64,000 nt of DNA, taken from positions 1,176 through 65,175 of the forward strand of contig JAEYSQ010000082.1 in the NCBI GenBank assembly GCA_023434465.1, written 5' to 3'. The DNA comes from Actinomycetes bacterium (lineage in GTDB: Bacteria; Actinomycetota; Thermoleophilia; Solirubrobacterales; 70-9). Both the position numbers and the translations under genes were made by a program. The first letter of the stretch is position 1. Each line of letters opens with the position of its first letter. Below, piece after piece: positions 26,197 to 35,475 of the stretch. The notes under the pieces were generated by a model. It was given only the letters and a program-made list of their open reading frames with translations. It was not told the origin of the DNA and did not search any database.

Positions 26197-27650
26197 CCGT
26201 GCCAGAGGGTCAATCGACCAGCTCGCTGCCACCGGGTCCCACCGGTCTCGACGCTGCGAAGTTCCTGATCAACACCACCCGGGACTTCAAACAGCCGATG
26301 ATGGACATGGCCCTGGAGTACGGGGAGGTCGCTCACGTTCGAAACCGTCGCCGCGATTTCGTCGTGATCAGCGGCCACGAAGCTGCCCGGCACGTCCTGA
26401 TCACCAACCAGGACAACTACCGCAAGGGTCTCGAGTACGAGCTGCTTCGAATCGTGCTCGGCGAAGGACTGCTGACCAGCGAAGGGGAGACCTGGCGCAA
26501 ACAGCGTCGGCTGGTCCAACCGATGTTCGCCAAGCGGTATCTGAAGAACTTCACCGCCCACATGACCCGGGCGACCTCCGAGGCGCTCGACGGCGAGCCG
26601 TTCGCGAATCTGCCGGACGGAGAGCTGCTCGACCTCTCCGAGACGATGATGGCTCTCACTCTCGACATCGTCGGTCGTGCGCTCTTTGGTGCTGACCTGA
26701 GCGGCGCGACTGCCCGCAAGGTCGGTCCGGCGATGAACGACGTCCTCAGCCTGGGCACGAGAATGACCCGGCGCCTGCCCACTTTCGTGCTCGCCAACCT
26801 GCCCGGCATGGACCTCGAGAAGGCGATCGCCATGAACCCGGAAGGCCGGCGGTTCCGGCGCGCCCTGGCTGACCTGAAGGAAGTAATCGACGACCTGCTC
26901 GAGGAGAGAAGCCGGCAATCGGATACCGGCGACGATCTGGTCGGGCTCATGCTTTCCGCCCGGGACGAAGAAACCGGAGCGACCATGAGTCGCGAACAGA
27001 TCGGCGACGAACTGATGACCTTCATGCTGGCCGGCCACGAGACGACCTCGAACGCCCTGGCCTGGACCTGGCGGCACCTTTCGCTCAATCCGGGGGCCCG
27101 GGAGAGGCTTTTCGAAGAGGTCGACGCCGTGCTCGGCGACGAGGTCCCCGACATGGATGACATGGAGCGGTTGCCCTGGACGCGTGCCTGCGTGGAAGAG
27201 GCGATGCGAATCGATTCACCGGTCTGGACGGTCGGTCGCCAGGCTCTCGAAGACGACGAGGTGCTCGGTTACCGCATCCCCAAGGGAGCGAGCGTCATGG
27301 TCCTGATCAGCATGATCCACCGTGATCCGCGGATCTGGCCGAACCCGGAAGGATATGACCCGTCGCGGTTCCTCCCGGAGAACACCAAGGGCCGTCCTCG
27401 ACACGCGTACATGCCATTTGGCGCCGGCCGTCGGGTCTGCGTTGGTTCCACCTTTGCGACGGTCGAAGCGACCCTGTTGGCCGCGATGATAAGTCGCCGG
27501 CTCCGCTTCGACCTGCCGCGCGGAGCCGAAGTCGAAGCCGAGGCTGTGATCACGCTGCGGCCGAAGCGCGGCTTGCCGATGCATGTCTTTCACCGCCAGC
27601 CCGACCCGGTCCCGGAGCAGGCTCCGGAACCGGATCTGGCTGCGGCCTAG
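26193..27650 (+). CDS. cytochrome P450
   Basis: I-helix AGHETTS, EXXR (EEAMR), PSRF, and the haem loop FGAGRRVCVGSTFA. The 696-aa track ORF reaches this frame only by reading through tetR out of frame. Confidence 0.92.
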   Translation: MTVPEGQSTSSLPPGPTGLDAAKFLINTTRDFKQPMMDMALEYGEVAHVRNRRRDFVVISGHEAARHVLITNQDNYRKGLEYELLRIVLGEGLLTSEGETWRKQRRLVQPMFAKRYLKNFTAHMTRATSEALDGEPFANLPDGELLDLSETMMALTLDIVGRALFGADLSGATARKVGPAMNDVLSLGTRMTRRLPTFVLANLPGMDLEKAIAMNPEGRRFRRALADLKEVIDDLLEERSRQSDTGDDLVGLMLSARDEETGATMSREQIGDELMTFMLAGHETTSNALAWTWRHLSLNPGARERLFEEVDAVLGDEVPDMDDMERLPWTRACVEEAMRIDSPVWTVGRQALEDDEVLGYRIPKGASVMVLISMIHRDPRIWPNPEGYDPSRFLPENTKGRPRHAYMPFGAGRRVCVGSTFATVEATLLAAMISRRLRFDLPRGAEVEAEAVITLRPKRGLPMHVFHRQPDPVPEQAPEPDLAAA

Positions 27651-27665
27651 ACGGGCCGGTTACTA

Positions 27666-29864
27666 CTAGTTCAGGGTCGGATCTTCGGCCAGCTCGGGGG
27701 AGAGGGGCTCGCCCTTGGGATCTTTGTTCGCCACGAGGTGGCCTTCGAGCGAGACGTTCGGCAGCAGCTTGTCGAGCCAGCCCGGCAACCACCAGGCCTT
27801 GTCTCCCAGAAGGGTGACCACCGCCGGGGCGATAACCAGCCGCACTATCAGTACGTCGATCAGGATCGCCAGACCGAGCCCGAGTCCCATCATCTTGGCG
27901 ACCACGTCCTGCTGGGTCACGAAAGCGAGGAAGACCGAGGCCATGATCAGGCCGGCGAAGAGGATTACCTTGCCGATCCGGGCGAGGCCGTGGACGACGC
28001 TTTCGCGCGGGCCGTCACCCTCATTGTAAGCCTCGTGGACCCGGGAAAGCAGGAAGACGTTGTAGTCCATCGACAGTCCGAAGAGGATCGCGAAGATCAT
28101 CACCGGAATGAACGACATGATCGGAACGCCGCTGTCGACCCCGATCAGACTGGCGCCAATCCCCTTCTGGAAGACGGCGACGACGACGCCGTAGGCCGCA
28201 CCGACCGAGAGCAGGTTGAAAGCGGCCGAGACGAGCGGAACCCAGAGTGACCGGAACGCCGCCATCAGCAGCAGGACTGAAAGGCCAATCACCACGAGGA
28301 TGAAGACCGGCAGCCGCTCCGAGACCTTGTCCGAGAAATCCTCGAAGCTGGCGGTGTTACCGCCGACATAGGCGTTTAGGCCGGTGCCTTCGGTCGCTTC
28401 GGGGAGAACGCTGGAACGGAGCTTCACCAGGAGGTCGCTGGTCGCCGCATCCTGAGGCGAGGTCTCCGGGACCAGGAAGATCGTCGCCATCTCGTCGTCC
28501 TCGCTCGGCGCGGCGGGGGAGACGTCGGCGACCCCGTTCAACTTGCGCAGGTCGGCAGCTACCCGCTCGAGATCACCCTGACTCTGCGTGGCACCGTCAG
28601 GAGTCTCGATCGCGATGAAAAACGGTCCGTTGACGCCTTTGCCGAAACCTTCGCTGATCAGGTCATAGGCAACCCGTTGGGTCTTGCTTTCGGGCTGGTT
28701 GCCGTCATCGGGCGAGCCGAGGCGCATGTCGATCAGCGGGGACGCGAAGACCAAGAGGATCACGACCCCGGCCGCGATCGCGATCCAGGGCTTGGCGGTA
28801 ACCCGCTCGCCCCAGTTTCCAAAGGCGCTGGACGGCAGAACGTGAGAGAGCTTCTTCGGCTTGAGCCAGCGCTGGAGCGCACCGATCATGATCGGCAGTA
28901 CGGTCAGGGCGGAAACCACGACCGCGGCTACGGCAATCGCCGCGCCGAGCCCCATCTTGCCGATCAGCGGAATGCCGATCACGAGCAGACCGGCGATCGC
29001 CACAATGACGATCAGACCGGCAGCCATCACAGCCGAGCCGGCCGTGGCGGCCGACTTGGCCGCGGCATCCCGCACCGAGTCTCCCGCCGCCGATTGTTCC
29101 CGGAATCTGCCCAGGATCAGCAACGAGTAGTCGATGCCAGCGCCGAGGCCCAGCATCATCGCGATGACCGAAGCGAACTCGGGGAGACCGAGCGGGGCGG
29201 CAAGGATGACCAGCAGCATCTGGCCGACCATCACCCCGATCAGGGCTCCGACCAGGGTCGCGATCATTGCCGCGACCGAGCGGAAGAGCAGCGAAAGCAG
29301 AATGATCGCCACCATCACACCGATCAGCTCTCCGATCGGAGCGTCCTGCTCCTGGGCCAGATCGACCACGATTCCGCGCATGGAAACTTCAACTCCCGCC
29401 TCTTCGGCCGGGTCGGTAGCTTCCTTGAGGCGTTCCCCCTGGACCTTGGTAACGTCGCCAAACTCAAGGTCGTACCTGACGTCGACGTAGGCGATCCGGC
29501 CGTCGGCTGAAACCGCCTCCGCGTTCTTCTGGAACGGATCGCTGACCGTCAGCACATCTGGCTGATCCTTGATCGTGCTGATCGTTTCCTCGATTGCCCG
29601 CTTGCGGGCCGGTTCGGTGACCGTTCCGTCGGTGACGTTGAAGACGATGGTCGAGTCGACTCCAGCCAGCGCCGGGCTGTGTTCCGAGAAGAGGTCGAAG
29701 GCCTTCTGGCTCTCGGTACCGGGGACGTCGAAGTCTTCGGGCGGCGGGTCACCGGCGGTACCGGAGAGGGCACCGATCCCAAACACGACGAGGATGGCGA
29801 CGACCAGAGACCGCTTCCAGTGGTCGGTGATCGATCGGACGAGTCGGGCGAGGAGGTCGGACAT
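27666..29864 (-). CDS. MMPL-family (RND superfamily) transporter
   Basis: Two blocks of about 6 TM helices each, separated by soluble loops, with MMPL-typical GIDYSLLI and GLSMDYNVFLLSRV. Start at the ATG (MSDLLARLV). Confidence 0.92.
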   Translation of the reverse strand: MSDLLARLVRSITDHWKRSLVVAILVVFGIGALSGTAGDPPPEDFDVPGTESQKAFDLFSEHSPALAGVDSTIVFNVTDGTVTEPARKRAIEETISTIKDQPDVLTVSDPFQKNAEAVSADGRIAYVDVRYDLEFGDVTKVQGERLKEATDPAEEAGVEVSMRGIVVDLAQEQDAPIGELIGVMVAIILLSLLFRSVAAMIATLVGALIGVMVGQMLLVILAAPLGLPEFASVIAMMLGLGAGIDYSLLILGRFREQSAAGDSVRDAAAKSAATAGSAVMAAGLIVIVAIAGLLVIGIPLIGKMGLGAAIAVAAVVVSALTVLPIMIGALQRWLKPKKLSHVLPSSAFGNWGERVTAKPWIAIAAGVVILLVFASPLIDMRLGSPDDGNQPESKTQRVAYDLISEGFGKGVNGPFFIAIETPDGATQSQGDLERVAADLRKLNGVADVSPAAPSEDDEMATIFLVPETSPQDAATSDLLVKLRSSVLPEATEGTGLNAYVGGNTASFEDFSDKVSERLPVFILVVIGLSVLLLMAAFRSLWVPLVSAAFNLLSVGAAYGVVVAVFQKGIGASLIGVDSGVPIMSFIPVMIFAILFGLSMDYNVFLLSRVHEAYNEGDGPRESVVHGLARIGKVILFAGLIMASVFLAFVTQQDVVAKMMGLGLGLAILIDVLIVRLVIAPAVVTLLGDKAWWLPGWLDKLLPNVSLEGHLVANKDPKGEPLSPELAEDPTLN

Positions 29865-29915
29865 TTGTCTCCAGGGAGTGAGGGGAAGGAGGGAAGGCGG
29901 GCAAATTATCACAAA

Positions 29916-29933
29916 GACTGCATAACTGCAGTC
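29916..29933. promoter_or_regulatory. candidate TetR operator (inverted repeat)
   Basis: GACTGCA-taac-TGCAGTC, a perfect 7-bp-arm palindrome in the AT-richer divergent region between the MMPL gene and its TetR. Confidence 0.4.
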
Positions 29934-29961
29934 GCTGCAGAATCGTTGATACCCTTAGGCC

Positions 29962-30594
29962 GTGTTCACAGAGCCCGCCAGCACCCTACGCGAACGCAAG
30001 AAGGCGAAGACCCGGGAGAAGATCGTCTCGGTGGCTCTGCGACTGTTTGCCGATGACGGCTACGCCACCACGACGATCGCGAGGATCGCCGAGGCAGCCG
30101 AAGTCTCGCCCCGCACCGTGGCCACCTACTTCCCGGCCAAGGAAGACATCGTTTTCGACCTGAGCGAGATGACCAAGGAGCGGCTGGCTACAGCGATCGC
30201 GGAGCGGCCCGAGGGGGTCGACACGATGACCGCTCTGCGTGAGTGGCTTCTGCGCGAGCGTGACCTTTTCGAGGAGCATCACGAACTGATGGGCTGCCAG
30301 CAGAAGGTAATCGACAACGAGGAAGCGCTGCGCGCTCACGAGCGAGCCATCGTGCGCGAGTTCGAACTGGTGCTGGCGGACGGACTTGCGGTCGACCTCG
30401 CGCAGGAGCCGACCGACCTCGAGCCGCGCCTCGCCGCGGCGGCCGCGATGGCGGTCTTCGATTTGCTCGGAGACGAGCGCAGGGAGCGGGCGGAAGGCGA
30501 GCTGCCCCCGCTCGACGAGCAGCTCGAGAAGCTTGATCAGGCACTCACCTTCATCACTGGCGGGGTCGCTGCCCTGCGCGAAGGCCAGTCCTGA
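29962..30594 (+). CDS. TetR/AcrR-family transcriptional regulator
   Basis: HTH KIVSVALRLFADDGYATTTIARIAEAAEVSPRTVATYFPAKEDI; divergent from the MMPL gene. Confidence 0.88.
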   Translation: MFTEPASTLRERKKAKTREKIVSVALRLFADDGYATTTIARIAEAAEVSPRTVATYFPAKEDIVFDLSEMTKERLATAIAERPEGVDTMTALREWLLRERDLFEEHHELMGCQQKVIDNEEALRAHERAIVREFELVLADGLAVDLAQEPTDLEPRLAAAAAMAVFDLLGDERRERAEGELPPLDEQLEKLDQALTFITGGVAALREGQS

Positions 30595-30606
30595 CCCGTT
30601 AACGGA

Positions 30607-30642
30607 GAACCGCCCCGGTCGGGGAACCGGGGCGGTTCTTTT
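30607..30642. terminator. intrinsic (bidirectional) terminator hairpin
   Basis: GAACCGCCCCGG-tcggggaa-CCGGGGCGGTTC, a perfect 12-bp stem followed by TTTT. It lies between the convergent TetR and NlpC/P60 genes. Confidence 0.7.
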
Positions 30643-30665
30643 CGTACCTGTTTCGGGAGGGAGTT

Positions 30666-31259
30666 CTAGAACTGGCCGCCGGGGCTTCGGGCCACGAACC
30701 GGCCAGGAGTCGAGCGGGCGCTCTTGCTCCAGCCCGGTCCGTTACCCGGAGTCATCGAGGTGTCGAACCGGAGGCCGGCCACGATCATGTAAGCGTGGCT
30801 CGGGTTCGAGTAGACCGTGATCCAGCGGCCCTTGCCGCGACGGCCCCAGCTCATGTAGCCGGTGGAGGCCATCGGCGAGCGGACGAACTTGCCGCCGCGC
30901 AGCGCGAAGCTGACCGATCCGGAACAGTCGTAGCCGCTGTCAAAGAAGCGTCCGTGCCCGCCGCCGTAACGGTAGGGCTTGTTGCGGATCCGGTTGGCCC
31001 AGTTGATGACCCGCTTGACGCGTGCCGGAGCGCTCGCCGGGGCGTAGGCCTTGCCGCGGATCAGCCGGGCCTTGCGGACCGGCTTGCACTTCTTGCCGCC
31101 AACCGTGAGGCCGCCGCTGGCCGAAGCCGATTTGCAGGCCGCCGCGGCGTTTGAGGGGTTGCCCAGGGTCAGGGCCAGAGTGCAGGCGAACAGGGCAGCG
31201 ACGCCAACGGCAAGGCTGCGCGCGAACGATCTCTGGTTTTCAGGGGGTGAGGGGATGAT
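30666..31259 (-). CDS. secreted NlpC/P60 (C40) family cell-wall hydrolase
   Basis: My translation upstream of the 68-aa track ORF stays open in frame. It gives a signal peptide (SFARSLAVGVAALFACTLALTLGNPSNA-AAA), then KPYRYGGGHGRFFDSGYDCSGSV (catalytic Cys) and SNPSHAYMIV (His). There is no ATG/GTG/TTG in frame. ATC 31259 lies 6 nt after AGGAG; see the finding. Confidence 0.72.
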   Translation of the reverse strand: MIPSPPENQRSFARSLAVGVAALFACTLALTLGNPSNAAAACKSASASGGLTVGGKKCKPVRKARLIRGKAYAPASAPARVKRVINWANRIRNKPYRYGGGHGRFFDSGYDCSGSVSFALRGGKFVRSPMASTGYMSWGRRGKGRWITVYSNPSHAYMIVAGLRFDTSMTPGNGPGWSKSARSTPGRFVARSPGGQF

Positions 31260-31271
31260 GCCGATCTCCTT

Positions 31272-31410
31272 TTCGTGCCTGCGGGGTTAGCTGACGGGCT
31301 GGCGCTAATGGAGTCGCGCCCTCACCTGTTGGTGAGTTAGCCCCAATTACCTGGGTCCCCCGCTTCCCGGTCCAGGAGGACCAGGAACTCGGCGTATCGG
31401 TTTACGAATC
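31272..31410 (-). ncRNA. ydaO/yuaA-class cyclic-di-AMP riboswitch (5' leader of the NlpC/P60 gene)
   Basis: The reverse strand reads GAUUCGUAAACC...GAAGCGGGGGACCCAGG...UUGGGGCUAACUCACC...AGCCCGUCAGCUAACCCCGCAGGCACGAA. The blocks GCGGGGGACCCA, GGGG(C)UAA(C)UC and CCCGUCAGCUAACC(C)CG(C)A(G)GC match the conserved cores of the motif as I remember it from B. subtilis ydaO. A closing helix UUCGU...ACGAA is present. The class is typically found upstream of cell-wall hydrolase genes in Actinobacteria. Confidence 0.7.
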
Positions 31411-31503
31411 CCACAAAGTGTAGAGCATTTCCTAACACAATGCTCACAAACAGCCTGCTCACGCAGACCGGCTATTGTCCAGTGGGCGGATAGGCTTTCC
31501 CGA

Positions 31504-32211
31504 ATGAAATCCGCCCGACACCGTGAAGTGATGTTTGAGCCCTTCGTGGCTTCCTCGATTTCCAACTATGAAGCCAAGTTCAAGGCGGCAGAGGAAGTCG
31601 CCGGACTGGTCGAATCCGGCCAGGTGATCGGGGCGGGCTCCGGATCGACCGCGTTTCTGGCGGTCCGGGCCATCGCCTCCAGGGTCCGGCATGGCGAACT
31701 ACATGACATCCGTCTGATCCCGACCTCGCTTGAGTCCGAACTGACGATCACGGGGCTCGGTCTGATTCAGGCCGATCTGGCCGAGGTCGCTCCGGACTGG
31801 TTGTTCGACGGGGCCGACGAGGTAGACCCGGACGGGAACCTGATCAAAGGACGCGGGGGAGCGCTCTTTCGCGAAAAGTTGCTCTTCTCGGCCTGTCAAC
31901 TGAGACGGGTGCTGATCGACTCCTCGAAGCGGGTCGACCGGCTCGGGACCAACTTCCCCGTTCCGATCGAGGTGGTTCCGCGAGCTGCTGCGGTGGCCAC
32001 GGCGGGCTTGAAGTCACTTGGGGCAACCGAGATCGTGATCCGGACGGGGTCCGGCAAGGATGGCCCCGTCCTGACCGAACAGGGCAACCTGTTGATCGAC
32101 TGTCGTTTCGAACAGATCGAAGAAGGGCTCGAAGACCAGATCAACCTGATCACCGGAGTACTCGACTCCGGCCTCTTCCAGAACTACGCCCCGGAAATCA
32201 TCTCTTCGTGA
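31504..32211 (+). CDS. rpiA: ribose-5-phosphate isomerase A
   Basis: GAGSGSTAF, DGADEVD, and IKGRGGALFREK. Confidence 0.88.
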   Translation: MKSARHREVMFEPFVASSISNYEAKFKAAEEVAGLVESGQVIGAGSGSTAFLAVRAIASRVRHGELHDIRLIPTSLESELTITGLGLIQADLAEVAPDWLFDGADEVDPDGNLIKGRGGALFREKLLFSACQLRRVLIDSSKRVDRLGTNFPVPIEVVPRAAAVATAGLKSLGATEIVIRTGSGKDGPVLTEQGNLLIDCRFEQIEEGLEDQINLITGVLDSGLFQNYAPEIISS

Positions 32212-32271
32212 TCGAGGGGGCCCGCCATCCATTCGACCTGGAGCGCGGGTCGGACCCCGCCCGACTAGCAG

Positions 32272-33048
32272 TCAGATGATCAACCGTCTGGTCAGACGAC
32301 GAATCGCGACTCGCCACAGGACGACGGCGAGGATCAACAACCCCAGAAAGCGGAGCGTGTCTACCGCTTCGAGCCCGAAACAGGCGCCGCGGACCAGCTC
32401 CACGAGCTGGTACAGGGGATTGAACTGCGCCGCGACCTGAAACCCCTGAGGTAACTGGTCGATCGGAAAGAAGGTGCCCGCGACGAGAAAGAGCGGAGTG
32501 ATGACCAGCGTGGTGACGTAGTTGAACTGGTCGATCTTCGAGACCGAAGCAGCCATGGTGATCCCGAAGGCAGAGAAGGCGAGTGCGGTGACGAAGGCAA
32601 AGAAAGGCACCAGCAACATGGTCACGGTCGGTTCGAGACCGAAGAACATGGTCACGATCAAGGGGAAACAGCCGAAGATCGCAGACCTGACACCGATCCA
32701 CAGCATCTCGGCGGTCACCAGCTCCTCGACGTCCACCGGCGCAGCGAGGATCGCGTCATAGGTGCGCTGGAATCGCTCCTTGACGAAGGTTCCGAACATG
32801 GCCGGCAGGGCGGAGGAAAAGACCACGGCGGTGGCGACCAGGCCGGTCCCGACGAACTGGACGTAATCGACTCCATCGACATCGGCGACCAGGGTCGAAC
32901 CGAGACCAAGCCCGAAGGCAAGCAGGTAGACCACGGGCTCGAAGGTGCTGGTGAAGGCGGTCGACTTCCAGAAAGTGCGGAAGTTGGCGAACTCCCGGCC
33001 CATCACGGCCAGAATCACGGCCGGCTCGAGTCGGCGCACCGGCTTCAC
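32272..33048 (-). CDS. ABC-2 type exporter permease
   Basis: 258 aa, 6 TM helices. A 4-nt overlap links it to the upstream ATPase gene. Confidence 0.85.
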   Translation of the reverse strand: MKPVRRLEPAVILAVMGREFANFRTFWKSTAFTSTFEPVVYLLAFGLGLGSTLVADVDGVDYVQFVGTGLVATAVVFSSALPAMFGTFVKERFQRTYDAILAAPVDVEELVTAEMLWIGVRSAIFGCFPLIVTMFFGLEPTVTMLLVPFFAFVTALAFSAFGITMAASVSKIDQFNYVTTLVITPLFLVAGTFFPIDQLPQGFQVAAQFNPLYQLVELVRGACFGLEAVDTLRFLGLLILAVVLWRVAIRRLTRRLII

Positions 33049-33947
33049 TCTGCCTCCTCACCGGTAAGCATCACGAATACGTCCTCAAGCGATCCGGCCC
33101 GGTGCACGGCGTCCTCGGGAATCAGCCCGGGAGCAGCCGTTTCCGCAGCGACGATCGCGATCGCGGGACCGGCCGGTCTCACCCGGAGCCCTTCACGTTC
33201 GACCTGGCTACGAATCTCGGCCAGGCGCTCGGGAGGGCCGTAAACCTCGGCGGTTCGCTGCCCGGCGTGCCGGGCGATCAGTTCGGCCGGGGTGGCCCGT
33301 GCGATCACCTTGCCCTGTGAGACCACAGCTACCTCGTCAGCGAGGCGTTCGGCTTCCTCGATGTAGTGGGTGGACATCAGGATCGTCGTGCCGCGAGCGC
33401 GGAGATTGTCGATCAGGGTCCAGAGTTCGGTCCGGATCTGGGGATCGAGACCGACGGTCGGTTCGTCGAGCAGGAGCAGTTTCGGTTCGTGGACCAGGCC
33501 GCGGGCGAGAAGCAGGCGACGGCGCATGCCGCCGGAGAGCTTGTCGACCGCGTCCTTTCGCCGGTCGGTGAGGCGGGCGATCTCGAGCGTGCGGTCAACC
33601 GCTGCGGCGACGTCCCGGACCCGGTAGAGACGGGCGAAGACGGCCAGGTTCTCCTCCACCGTCACGTCGATGTCCAGATTGTCCAACTGGGGAACCACAC
33701 CCATTCCGGCCCGGGCATTCTTCGCTTCCCGCGGCAGCTCGAACCCGAGAACCCTGATCTCGCCGGAGTCGGGGATTGCCTGCCCGGTCAGGATCTTCAT
33801 GGTGGTCGACTTGCCTGCCCCGTTCGGTCCGAGCAATCCGAGGCAAACGCCTTCGTCGACCACGAGATCGAGTCCGTCGACGGCCTTGATCGGTCCGAAG
33901 CTCTTGGTCAGGCCGTGAAGTTCGATCGCGGGCACCGGGGCAGTCAA
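33045..33947 (-). CDS. ABC transporter ATP-binding protein (DrrA/NodI-like)
   Basis: Walker A GPNGAGKST, signature LSGGMRRR, Walker B LLLLDEPT. Confidence 0.92.
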   Translation of the reverse strand: MTAPVPAIELHGLTKSFGPIKAVDGLDLVVDEGVCLGLLGPNGAGKSTTMKILTGQAIPDSGEIRVLGFELPREAKNARAGMGVVPQLDNLDIDVTVEENLAVFARLYRVRDVAAAVDRTLEIARLTDRRKDAVDKLSGGMRRRLLLARGLVHEPKLLLLDEPTVGLDPQIRTELWTLIDNLRARGTTILMSTHYIEEAERLADEVAVVSQGKVIARATPAELIARHAGQRTAEVYGPPERLAEIRSQVEREGLRVRPAGPAIAIVAAETAAPGLIPEDAVHRAGSLEDVFVMLTGEEAE

Positions 33948-33992
33948 TCAGACCTCCAGTCCGGGAAGGAGGGAAGCCCGGTCCGCGGTTGC

Positions 33993-35417
33993 TCAGCGCG
34001 CCTGGAGAAACTGATCGATCAACTGATAGTGCCGGACCAGGCGCTGGACCGACAACAGCCCTGATTTGACCTGCTGCCGGGCCGCATCGCCGATCCGGGC
34101 GGCCCGCGCGGGGTCGGCGAGCAGGTCGTCGATCGCTTCAGCGAAAGCCGGAAGGTCCCGGGCGTCGTCGATCAAGAGGCCCGAGCTGCCTTCTTCGATC
34201 TGATCCTGGATTCCTCCGAGGCGGCTGGCGACAAGCGGACGAGCCTTCCACATTCCTTCGGAAACTGTCAGTCCAAAACCCTCGGCAAGGCTCTTCTGGA
34301 CGATGACGTCGGCCCGGCGCTGGATTGCGTTCACCATGAACGCGTTCTCGTCGAGATCATCCATCGGCAGGCTGACCAGATGAACCCGAGTCCTGACCTG
34401 TTCGGGAAGGGCACGGAAACGCTCGACCAGGTCAGCGTGTACTGCCGCCCCTTCCGGGTCGTCGTCGACCCCGGAGCTGTCGGGTCCGACCAGGGCCAGG
34501 TGCGCTTCTTTGTTTTCCATGTGCTCGGCGAACAGGGTGAGCAGTCCGCCGTGATCCTTCAGCTTGTCCCAGCGCGAAACCTGGATTACGAGAGGCGCCT
34601 CGGTCGGCAAAGCCGAATCCTGGACGATCGAAGCCCGGCGGCGGACTTCGCCCGAACCGCCGTCGGAGCGGGTGAAGACCGGCGGCGTGGAGGCCGGCTC
34701 CCCGCAGAAGCCGATCTGCCCAAGCGTCGCTGCCAGAGTCGAGTCGTCCATCGACTGGTTCTTGGGTGTGAAGGCATCGATCCCGGGCGGAATCACCGAA
34801 GTCTTGTCGGGATCCAGGCTCTGCCAGACGTACTCCGGTCGTGAAAAGACGCAGCCGTGCGCGGCGCCGACCAGATCGGCCAGTAGTTCCTGGGCGTCAA
34901 GGGCGATCCGGTTCGGTTCGTCGATTCCGATGTGGCAGCGCCAGATAACGGAGGCTCCGGTCTCCCTGACGGCCGGAACCAGGCCGGCGGTCTGCGGGTC
35001 ATGAAGGATGACGATGTCATCCGGTGAAATCTGGGCGGCGAAGTCCCGGGCACTCCCGGCCAGGGTCTCCATGTAGAACCGTTTCTCTTCCGGGCCCAGC
35101 GGACCACCGTCTCCCGGGTCGCCGTGCAGCTCGTTGTGAATCCGTTTGGTCAGGGTGAAGAACGCGGGATCCTCGACTTTCAGGACCTGCCAGCGGGAGT
35201 CGACGCCGGAGTCGAGGACATACGGGAGGTAGGCCCGCAGCATCTCGGCGACTCCGCCACCCCTCGCGGTCGAGTTCACGTTCCAGACCACGCGGCCGTT
35301 GAGACTCTCCCGAGCCGCGTTGGATGCGTCGAGGACGGGGTCGAACCCGGGACCGAGCAATTCCCGGTAGCGGGCCAGTGGCTGCGGTCGGAGATCGACC
35401 TGTTCGGGTTTGGTCAT
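33993..35417 (-). CDS. treT: GT4 glycosyltransferase, TreT-type trehalose synthase-like
   Basis: Blocks VNSTARGGGVAEML, WQVLKVEDPAFFTLTKRIHNELHG, ILHDPQTAGL, WRCHIGIDEPN, QVSRWDKLKDH, DDPEG and QKSLAEGFGLTVSEGMWKARP are collinear with archaeal and bacterial TreT as I recall it. Confidence 0.75.
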   Translation of the reverse strand: MTKPEQVDLRPQPLARYRELLGPGFDPVLDASNAARESLNGRVVWNVNSTARGGGVAEMLRAYLPYVLDSGVDSRWQVLKVEDPAFFTLTKRIHNELHGDPGDGGPLGPEEKRFYMETLAGSARDFAAQISPDDIVILHDPQTAGLVPAVRETGASVIWRCHIGIDEPNRIALDAQELLADLVGAAHGCVFSRPEYVWQSLDPDKTSVIPPGIDAFTPKNQSMDDSTLAATLGQIGFCGEPASTPPVFTRSDGGSGEVRRRASIVQDSALPTEAPLVIQVSRWDKLKDHGGLLTLFAEHMENKEAHLALVGPDSSGVDDDPEGAAVHADLVERFRALPEQVRTRVHLVSLPMDDLDENAFMVNAIQRRADVIVQKSLAEGFGLTVSEGMWKARPLVASRLGGIQDQIEEGSSGLLIDDARDLPAFAEAIDDLLADPARAARIGDAARQQVKSGLLSVQRLVRHYQLIDQFLQAR

Positions 35418-35475
35418 AACTGGAAACCGGCCTGGGGCGGCCGCCACGGCAGCCGCCCCGGTCGGAGAGCCCTTG

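Noticed and set aside
25560-27650. 696-aa ORF that looks like a large fusion protein ending in a P450
   Set aside because: Its first roughly 210 codons read through the TetR gene in a different frame and give Arg/Gly-rich junk. The P450 has its own ATG at 26193, overlapping the TetR stop (ATGA).
29926-29940. CTGCAGtcgCTGCAG direct repeat next to the MMPL/TetR palindrome
   Set aside because: It overlaps the better-supported inverted repeat GACTGCA-taac-TGCAGTC. It is probably part of the same operator region and is not called separately.
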